From: an uncultured Planctomycetaceae bacterium
GTDB lineage: Bacteria > Planctomycetota > Phycisphaerae > UBA1845 > UTPLA1
Direction: 5' to 3'
DNA length: 24,000 nucleotides
Assembly (NCBI GenBank): GCA_964576285.1
Contig: CAZNUJ010000001.1
Coordinates: forward strand, 196,545-220,544
Part shown: in pieces, positions 15,701 through 21,782 of the stretch
Layout of the letters: the number at the start of each line of letters is the position of its first letter
Numbering within the stretch: position 1 is the stretch's first letter
The notes under the pieces: model-generated
Told to the model about the DNA's origin: nothing
The model's database searches: none
The model's input: only the letters and a program-made list of their open reading frames with translations
Made by a program: the position numbers and the translations under genes

Positions 15701-16510
15701 ATGAAACCCATGCGCGCGCACACTCTGGGCCTCGTCGTCGTCGGTCTGCTGGCCGGCGCGGCTCATGCGCAGTTCCCGGTCAGCGTGCCGGTGTTCAACC
15801 ACCCGAACGGATCGGCCAGCGCCAACGCCAACGCGGTCGACAGCCGCGACTACGGCCTGCGGCTGGACAACGGCCGCGTCGAGACCTTCGCCTTCGACAA
15901 CGTCCGCATGACGTTCTTCAGCCCCGATCCGGTCAACGCGAGCTCCGTCTTCGCGACGCTCTCCGGGACGATCGCGCACCTGCAGAGCAGCAACGGCGTC
16001 GCCATCGGCTACACCGGCTCGTCGGGAATCGACGCGCTGGATCAGCGCTGGTCGATCAACGCGTCCTTCCGTCTCGTGGGTCGCGAGGGCGGCTTCGGCG
16101 GCGGACAAGCCGTGCCGTATCCCGCCATGCTCGCCGACCTGATCGCCGGCGGAATCGGCGGCGGCCAGATCGAGTTCAACGACATCGACCTGTCGATCTC
16201 GCCGCTCTTCGATGAGGGGGCGACGCCGGCCGTCTATGCCGGTCCGCGCACGTGGGTCGAGAAGTTCAACGACGACGGGGACGCCTTCTTCATCCGCTAC
16301 CGGCATCGCCTGAATCCGAACGTCTTCGTCGGCCCAAGCTGGAACGTGAACGCCGCCGCCGGCTGGCTGACGCCGGCCGACGGCACCATGTCGGGTGATA
16401 CCCGCGATTTCCTGTTCTATGTGGCCCCGGAGCCGGCCTCGCTGGGGATGACGGTCCTGGGTCTGCCGTTGTTGTTCAATCGCCGCAGGCGCATTGCGGT
16501 CGCCTGCTAG
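15701..16510 (+). CDS. Secreted PEP-CTERM sorting-domain protein of unknown function
   Basis: GGAGGAG (15689-15695) lies just upstream of ATG 15701. The signal peptide is MKPMRAHTLGLVVVGLLAGAAHA/Q. The C-terminal PEP-CTERM signal is VAPEPASLGMTVLGLPLLFNRRRR: a PEP motif, a hydrophobic helix and an Arg cluster. The ORF-track start at 15593 adds an Arg/Gly-rich non-coding-looking leader. Confidence 0.8.
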   Translation: MKPMRAHTLGLVVVGLLAGAAHAQFPVSVPVFNHPNGSASANANAVDSRDYGLRLDNGRVETFAFDNVRMTFFSPDPVNASSVFATLSGTIAHLQSSNGVAIGYTGSSGIDALDQRWSINASFRLVGREGGFGGGQAVPYPAMLADLIAGGIGGGQIEFNDIDLSISPLFDEGATPAVYAGPRTWVEKFNDDGDAFFIRYRHRLNPNVFVGPSWNVNAAAGWLTPADGTMSGDTRDFLFYVAPEPASLGMTVLGLPLLFNRRRRIAVAC

Positions 16511-16512
16511 CG

Positions 16513-16550
16513 CGTGTCGTCGCTCGCCGCCACCACCACACGACGACATG
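16513..16550 (+). terminator. Hairpin immediately after the PEP-CTERM gene stop (possible terminator, no U-tract)
   Basis: TGTCGTCG (16515-16522) pairs perfectly with CGACGACA (16541-16548). Two further pairs extend the stem outward, and the loop is 18 nt. The hairpin starts 3 nt after the TAG at 16508-16510. No downstream T-run is present, so intrinsic-terminator status is uncertain. Confidence 0.25.
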
Positions 16551-16826
16551 AAGCCGGCCCGCGCGGCGTCGCCGTCGACGCTCCGCGGGCCGGCCGCGTT
16601 TCACCCGCGCCCAGTCCGCCGCTCGCGCCTTGGCGACTCCGGCCATCACGACGAGCGCGCTGGGGCGCTTGGCCCAAGGGGGCCAGGCATCCGCGGCCGA
16701 AAGCGGTACGGCCCGCCGCCCCTGCGCTGCAATTGGCGTCCACAGGCCGAGCAGCTTTAAGCCCCCGATCGACACGGGCAGCGGGATGCGGCCGAGTTCT
16801 TTCGGGTCGTGCGGGTCGGCGGTGTT

Positions 16827-16846
16827 GAGCCGGTCCAAACCGGCTC
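16827..16846 (-). terminator. Perfect 7-bp GC-rich hairpin downstream of the minus-strand gene 16900-17397 (possible terminator, no U-tract)
   Basis: GAGCCGG (16827-16833) and CCGGCTC (16840-16846) flank a 6-nt loop. The hairpin lies about 55 nt beyond the stop at 16900-16902. No U-tract is present on either strand. Confidence 0.25.
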
Positions 16847-16899
16847 GGACGTCCGCATTAGCTCCCCGAGCAGCATTCTTGGCTCGTCGGAGCGTCGGC

Positions 16900-17397
16900 C
16901 TATGGCGGGTCGATGTTTATGCGGGCGCGGAAGGCGGTGTCGGCCTCGATCAGCTTCTCGAAGGCGCCCTGCGTCACCAGCCGCACGCGGCCGCTCCAGA
17001 ACAGGACGTTCCGGGCCGGGCGGGCATTCGGGAACTCGATCAGCAGTCGGGTCGATTCGGCGTCGTGGGCGATCAGAACCTTCTCGTCGACGCGGGCGTG
17101 GGCGATCGGGCGATACGCGAAGCTTGCCAGGTCGGGCCGTGCGAGTTCGTCCAACGTTGACGGCAGTCGCCCCTGGTGCGCCGCGGCGTGGTCCTTGAGC
17201 AGGCAGTGCAGTTCGAGCAGCAGCGGGGCCGTGTCCGTCTGACCGGCCGTGCCTCGCGTCGCCAGCCAGAGTTGCAGCGCCCGCCCGGCAAGCACCAGCG
17301 CCAGAGCGATCGCGACCCACGCGGCGATGGGGACCTGCCCCAGCGCGGCGGACGAATCATCGGGAGTCGATGCGAGCACACTCGGCATGTCGGGCAT
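16900..17397 (-). CDS. Hypothetical N-terminally membrane-anchored protein
   Basis: 165-aa ORF with balanced composition and a single N-terminal TM (VPIAAWVAIALALVLAG). The soluble domain contains HQGRLPSTLDELA, which loosely resembles the G-x-(Y/L)-P-x-x-L-x-x-L segment of GspG-like pseudopilins. No prepilin cleavage motif is present. The gene is divergent from fur. Confidence 0.6.
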   Translation of the reverse strand: MPDMPSVLASTPDDSSAALGQVPIAAWVAIALALVLAGRALQLWLATRGTAGQTDTAPLLLELHCLLKDHAAAHQGRLPSTLDELARPDLASFAYRPIAHARVDEKVLIAHDAESTRLLIEFPNARPARNVLFWSGRVRLVTQGAFEKLIEADTAFRARINIDPP

Positions 17398-17493
17398 CGT
17401 AGTCGCGGCGGCCCGGCGGCACGACCGGGGCGGCGCGTGGCGGAACGGCCGGCGAGGTTAGAATGGGGCCGGTCTCCGATTCGGGAAGGACGC

Positions 17494-18030
17494 ATGGCCA
17501 AGCCCGCCAGCCAGGAGCAGATTCAGACGGCCGAAAACGTCTTCCGGGAGTATCTGCGCGACCGCGGATTGAAGTACACGCGGGAACGCCGGGATCTGCT
17601 GCGGGCCGTGATGGGCGACGACGATCATTTCGAGGCCGAGCAGCTTCAGCTTCGTATGCACGAGGCCGGCATCCGCGTGGCGAAGGCGACCATTTATCGC
17701 ACCCTGCCGCTGCTGGTGAACTGCGGCATCATCAAGGCCGTGCAGTTCTCCAACGACCGCGTGCATTACGAGCACACCTACGGCCAGGACCCCCACGACC
17801 ACATGGTCTGCCGCCGGTGCGGGCGCATCATCGAGTTCGAAAGCTCGGAGGTCGATCGGCTGCGCGCCATGCTGGCCGCGCGGCACGAGTTCTACGCCGT
17901 GTCGCACCGCTTGCAGATTCTGGGCTTGTGTCGGCAGTGCGTGGCGACCTGCCCGGCGGGCGCGGGGCCGGCGACGGCGCCGCCCGCGGGCCGACGCGGA
18001 ACGCCGGTCAGCAGAGCGCGGCGTAGGTGA
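17494..18030 (+). CDS. fur: Fur-family metalloregulator (Fur/Zur/PerR type)
   Basis: GGGAAGGA lies just upstream of ATG 17494. The winged-helix region is RERRDLLRAVMGDDDHFEAEQLQLRMHEAGIRVAKATIYRTLPLLVNCGIIK. The metal sites are HDHMVCRRCGRIIEF (HxH plus CxxC) and the C-terminal CRQC. Metal specificity cannot be told from sequence. The ORF-track start at 17176 is an Arg-rich artefact overlapping the divergent gene. Confidence 0.85.
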   Translation: MAKPASQEQIQTAENVFREYLRDRGLKYTRERRDLLRAVMGDDDHFEAEQLQLRMHEAGIRVAKATIYRTLPLLVNCGIIKAVQFSNDRVHYEHTYGQDPHDHMVCRRCGRIIEFESSEVDRLRAMLAARHEFYAVSHRLQILGLCRQCVATCPAGAGPATAPPAGRRGTPVSRARRR

Positions 18031-18091
18031 AGAACGTGAGCACGAGGATCTTGGCCCGCGCTCGCAAGAATTGCTCGACTACGACGAGCAT
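18008..18091 (-). CDS. Candidate 27-aa hydrophobic micro-protein (speculative)
   Basis: The minus-strand ATG at 18091-18089 is preceded by GGAGGGG (complement of 18101-18107), 9 nt upstream. It encodes MLVVVEQFLRARAKILVLTFFTYAALC. Third-position GC is high, but that phase is shared with a + strand ORF, so the signal is ambiguous. The ORF overlaps the fur 3' end by 23 nt. Confidence 0.2.
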   Translation of the reverse strand: MLVVVEQFLRARAKILVLTFFTYAALC

Positions 18092-18225
18092 GGCTTCTTT
18101 CCCCTCCGGAAGCGCTGGCGGCTGCGTGCCGGCGGCGCAGGAGCGCCGGACGTTGGCTGCAAGGTGGATGCCGCGGCATCCGACCGGCACATCCGCACCG
18201 GAGATTCCACGTCGCCATTGTATCG

Positions 18226-18495
18226 CAAGGACTTGTGAGTGAAGAAAAATTCACAGCGAAATGCGAGGCTTGCACCGGCTGTGACGCGGTGTCGCGTTGC
18301 GGCGACGGATAGAACGCGGGAGCATCACGGCAAGTCCTTGTCGGAAGGGCATTAGCGATTAAGATCGCCTTCGCTGCCCGGCGTCATCGCGGCCGCGAAG
18401 GTGGGTCCGGAAAACCCTCGACGGCAGGTCGGACGGCGATCGAATCAGCCGTCGCGGCTTCCGCGGTATTTGTCCTCGTGAGATGAAGGATCAGC
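18226..18495 (+). promoter_or_regulatory. Structured, AT-enriched 5' leader of glyQS (possible cis-regulatory RNA)
   Basis: A 10-nt inverted repeat, CAAGGACTTG (18226-18235) and CAAGTCCTTG (18331-18340), encloses 95 nt containing two nested hairpins. These are GTGAA-GAAAAA-TTCAC (18239-18254) and a 10-bp stem at 18279-18302 with a GTGT loop. Further hairpins are GCGAT-TAAG-ATCGC and CCTTCGC..GCGAAGG. A GC hairpin (18452-18466) is followed by TATTTGT just before the RBS GAAGGA (18486-18491). Confidence 0.35.
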
Positions 18496-19866
18496 ATGGC
18501 CAATACGGCGTCGCGGATGGACAAGATCGTTGCGCTCTGCAAGCGGCGGGGCTTCATCTTTCAATCGAGCGAGATCTACGGCGGCATCAACGGCTTCTGG
18601 GACTACGGACCGCTGGGCTGCGAGTTGAAGCGCAACATCAAGGAGGCGTGGTGGAGCGACATGGTCCGCAACCCGCCGGTGGGGCCGGACCGTCGCGAGG
18701 TTCAGATGGTGGGCGTGGATTGCTCGATCATCATGAACCCGCGGGTCTGGGAGGCCAGCGGCCACGCGACCGGGTTTGCCGACCCGATGGTCGACTGTCG
18801 CGCCGAAGGTTGCAAGGGACGATTCCGCGCCGACCAGATCGCCGACTCGGCCTGCCCGCTCAAGCCGTCGAAGCGGCCGGGCGAGCATGACAAGTGCCAA
18901 CTGACCGAGGCGCGTCAGTTCAACCTGATGTTCAAGACGTTCGTGGGCGCGCTCGAGGACGGCTCGGCCACGGCCTGGCTGCGGCCGGAAACCGCACAGG
19001 GCATCTTCGCCAACTTCAAGAACGTGTGCGACTCGACCCGCGTCAAGGTGCCGTTCGGCATCGCCCAGATGGGGAAGGCGTTTCGCAACGAGATCAATCC
19101 TCGCAACTACACGTTTCGGTCGCGCGAATTCGAGCAGATGGAGATCGAGTTCTTCTGTCATGACCGGGACGCGATGACGTGGTGGGAGTTCTGGCGCGAC
19201 GTGCGCATCAACTGGTATCGCTCGCTGGGATTGTCGGGCGATCGCCTGCGGCCGCGCAACCAGACCGACAAGGAACTGGCGCACTATTCAAAGGCTTGCA
19301 CCGACATCGAGTACCTCTTCCCCTTCTCCGACGAACCGCAGGAGCTGGAGGGCGTTGCACACCGCGGCTGCTTCGACCTGACGCAGCACGCCAAGTTCAG
19401 CGGCAAGGACCTGACCTACTTCGACGACGACACGCGCGAGCGCTTCCTGCCCACGGTGATCGAGCCGTCCGCGGGCGCCGACCGCGCCACCCTGGCGTTT
19501 CTGTGCGAGGCGTACACGGAGGACCCGACGCGCCCCAGTCCGGAGTTGATGAAGTTTCACCCGCGGCTGGCGCCGATCAAGGCGGCGGTCTATCCGCTGG
19601 TCAACAAGGACGGGCTGCCGGAGATCGCCGAGCCGATCTTCCGCGAGCTGCGGAAACTCTGGCCCGTGCAGTACGACGCCAAGGCGGCGATCGGCAAGCG
19701 CTACGCGCGCATGGACGAAGCCGGCACGCCGTTCTGCTTCACCATCGACGGGCAGACCAAGGAGGACGGCACCGTCACGGTCCGCGATCGCGACACCGGC
19801 GCGCAGGAACGCATCGACAAGTCGCGCTGCGTCGAGTATCTCCGCGAGCGGCTCGAGCGAGCGTAG
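18496..19866 (+). CDS. glyQS: Glycine--tRNA ligase, homodimeric (alpha2) GlyQS type
   Basis: MDKIVALCKRRGFIFQSSEIYGGINGFWDYGPLG matches the GlyRS N-terminus. The class II motif 2 region is FRNEINPRNYTFRSREFEQMEIEFF. The C-terminal anticodon-binding region is RLAPIKAAVYPLV...GKRYARMDEAGTPFCFTID. Confidence 0.93.
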   Translation: MANTASRMDKIVALCKRRGFIFQSSEIYGGINGFWDYGPLGCELKRNIKEAWWSDMVRNPPVGPDRREVQMVGVDCSIIMNPRVWEASGHATGFADPMVDCRAEGCKGRFRADQIADSACPLKPSKRPGEHDKCQLTEARQFNLMFKTFVGALEDGSATAWLRPETAQGIFANFKNVCDSTRVKVPFGIAQMGKAFRNEINPRNYTFRSREFEQMEIEFFCHDRDAMTWWEFWRDVRINWYRSLGLSGDRLRPRNQTDKELAHYSKACTDIEYLFPFSDEPQELEGVAHRGCFDLTQHAKFSGKDLTYFDDDTRERFLPTVIEPSAGADRATLAFLCEAYTEDPTRPSPELMKFHPRLAPIKAAVYPLVNKDGLPEIAEPIFRELRKLWPVQYDAKAAIGKRYARMDEAGTPFCFTIDGQTKEDGTVTVRDRDTGAQERIDKSRCVEYLRERLERA

Positions 19867-19886
19867 GCGCGGCGCTGGGGGCGCGG

Positions 19887-21500
19887 TCAGTCGAGCCGTG
19901 CCGCCACCATGGTGATATCGTCGATCTGCGGATGGCCGCGCGTGAACTGGTTGATCAGCCGGCGTATGTGGCTGACCAGTTCGCCCGGCGGCACGCCGGC
20001 CGCGCCGCGCAGCGCCTCGAGCACGCGCTGCTCGCCGAAGTCCTCGCCGCGATCGTTTGCGGCGTCGGGAACTCCATCGGTGTACATGAACACGGTCACC
20101 GGCTCGCGACCGAGGTCGTACTCAGCGACGCGGTAGGAAACGTGCTCCTCGACGCCGAGGGGCAGTTCGGGCTCCCCGGCCAGTGCGTCGACCGAGCCGG
20201 AGCGCGTGATCTTCAGCGGCGGCGGGTGTCCGGCGTTGACGACCTGGCAGCGACGACCGGTTCCGTCGATCAGCGCGAAAATGCCGGTGATGAAGCGGTC
20301 GCCCTCGACGTTGCGGCACACCAGCCGATTCAGGGCGTTCATGGCACGGCTCAGGTCGCCGTCTTCGCTCAGCAGCACGTGGACGGCCGCCTGGAGGTTC
20401 GCCATCAGCAGCGCCGCCGGCACGCCCTTGCCGGCCACGTCGGCGCACACCACGAAGACGCGCCCGTCGGGGCGGGCGAAGTAGTCGAAGTAGTCGCCGC
20501 TGACCTTCTGCCCCGGATCGTTGATGGCATCCACCACCAATCCGCCGACGGCGAGCGGGGCGTCGGGCAGCAGCTTTTCCTGGAGCGTACGCGCGAGCTG
20601 AATCTGGCTTTCGAGTCGTTGACGACTTTGGCGTTCCTCGAGCAACCGCACGTTGACCAGTGCGAGGGCGGCCTGCCGGGCCAGGGCCGCGAAGTAGTCG
20701 ACGTCTTCCTTGGTGTAGCCGGTCGATGCGGTGGTGCGGTCTCCGTAGAGCACGCCGTGCACGCGGTCGTGGTACATCAGCGGCACGCAGATGGCCGAGC
20801 GGATGTTGTTGGAAACCATGCTCATGGTCGGGTCGGGCAGGTCGCTCGACACGTCGTTCACCAGGATGCGCTCGCCGCGATGCAGGGCTCGCTGAACGAT
20901 GCTGCGGCTGATGCGAAACTCGCCGGACGGATCGGGTCGGGCGTTGCGGATCGCGACCCACTGCGGGTGCGGCGCCTCGCCGTCCCAGATGGCGATGCCG
21001 CCCCGGTCGAACCGCAGCGATTCCATGCAGACGTTGATCACCTCGGACAGGAGTTCGTCGCGATCGAACACGCCGGTGATGCGCTCGAACAGCCCGTAGA
21101 GCCGGTCGAGCCGCTGCTGGCTGAGGTTGATCGACTGGTCGGCGTGCCAGACCGACGTGCTCCCGAAGTGCGTCTCGATCTCCCCGAGCACGACCTGGTC
21201 GGGCGGCGGCGCCCCCACGGTCAGGACGAATGAGCCGATGCCGATGCGATCATCCGGTCCGACACGCCGAGCCTCGTCCGCGATCAGCTCGTCGTTGACG
21301 GTGGTGCCGTTCTTGCTCTTGAGGTCTTCCACCCAGTACTGACCATCCGGGTCGCGGCGGATGCGGCTGTGACGGCGGGAGATGACGTGGTCGTCCAGCG
21401 CGATGTCGCACGAGGCGTCCCGGCCGATGACGATGTTGGCCTTGTCGATGATGCGCGGGATGACGCGCCCGTCGGGCTGTCGGATGCGGACCTCCATCAT
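19887..21500 (-). CDS. FHA - GAF - PP2C/SpoIIE-type serine/threonine phosphatase
   Basis: The N-terminal FHA domain includes IVIGRDASCDIALDDHVISRRHSRI...DLKSKNGTTVND. The central GAF-like region includes ELLSEVINVCMESLRFDRGGIAIWD...ICVPLMYHDRVHGVLY. The C-terminal PPM/SpoIIE motifs are VSGDYFDYF, DVAGKGVPAALLMANL and YTDGVPDA. Confidence 0.88.
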   Translation of the reverse strand: MMEVRIRQPDGRVIPRIIDKANIVIGRDASCDIALDDHVISRRHSRIRRDPDGQYWVEDLKSKNGTTVNDELIADEARRVGPDDRIGIGSFVLTVGAPPPDQVVLGEIETHFGSTSVWHADQSINLSQQRLDRLYGLFERITGVFDRDELLSEVINVCMESLRFDRGGIAIWDGEAPHPQWVAIRNARPDPSGEFRISRSIVQRALHRGERILVNDVSSDLPDPTMSMVSNNIRSAICVPLMYHDRVHGVLYGDRTTASTGYTKEDVDYFAALARQAALALVNVRLLEERQSRQRLESQIQLARTLQEKLLPDAPLAVGGLVVDAINDPGQKVSGDYFDYFARPDGRVFVVCADVAGKGVPAALLMANLQAAVHVLLSEDGDLSRAMNALNRLVCRNVEGDRFITGIFALIDGTGRRCQVVNAGHPPPLKITRSGSVDALAGEPELPLGVEEHVSYRVAEYDLGREPVTVFMYTDGVPDAANDRGEDFGEQRVLEALRGAAGVPPGELVSHIRRLINQFTRGHPQIDDITMVAARLD

Positions 21501-21535
21501 GGCGGACGCTTTGCTGACACGTGTGCCTGCCGCTG

Positions 21536-21724
21536 CTAGATCCCGAACAGGAGACGACCGATCAGCGTGAACGGCAGGAAGAAGCCGGTCTGGATCACCT
21601 CGGGGCGCAGCAGCACCTCGATGTTGGCCTGAAGGATCTGGTTGCAGCCGCTCAGGCCGGGGATGGCGAAGGCGGTCGCGATCAGGCCGGCATGGCGGGC
21701 GAGGCGCAGGGTGCGTCGACTCAT
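21536..21724 (-). CDS. Small (62-aa) putative lipoprotein
   Basis: On the minus strand, GGAG lies 7 nt upstream of the ATG at 21724-21722. The signal peptide carries a lipobox: MSRRTLRLARHAGLIATAFAIPG-LSGC. The 35-aa mature part ends in a hydrophobic stretch, TGFFLPFTLIGRLLFGI. The gene lies 58 nt after uvrA and 35 nt before the FHA gene. The longer ORF-track version (to 22018) overlaps uvrA out of frame and is rejected. Confidence 0.55.
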   Translation of the reverse strand: MSRRTLRLARHAGLIATAFAIPGLSGCNQILQANIEVLLRPEVIQTGFFLPFTLIGRLLFGI

Positions 21725-21782
21725 CTCAGGACTCCGCGGCAGATGAACCCGCGTCCGATTCTCTGTCCCGCGCCGGAGGAAG

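Noticed and set aside
15476-16549. 357-aa minus-strand ORF opposite the PEP-CTERM gene
   Set aside because: It is antisense to a gene that has an RBS, a signal peptide and a sorting signal. The composition is Arg/Gly/Asp/Ala-rich with no motifs.
16476-16838. 120-aa minus-strand ORF in the gap between the PEP-CTERM gene and gene 16900-17397
   Set aside because: The C-terminal two thirds is implausible (RRRRRRAGRLHVVVWWWRRATTRASRR) and overlaps the PEP-CTERM gene end. The start codon sits inside a hairpin loop, and no RBS or motif is present. The 389-nt gap is left as non-coding.
18445-21233. ORF 18445-19284 (-) and ORF 19179-21233 (+, 684 aa)
   Set aside because: They are antisense to glyQS and to the FHA-GAF-PP2C gene respectively, both of which carry unambiguous family motifs. 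The translations are Arg/Gly/His-rich junk.
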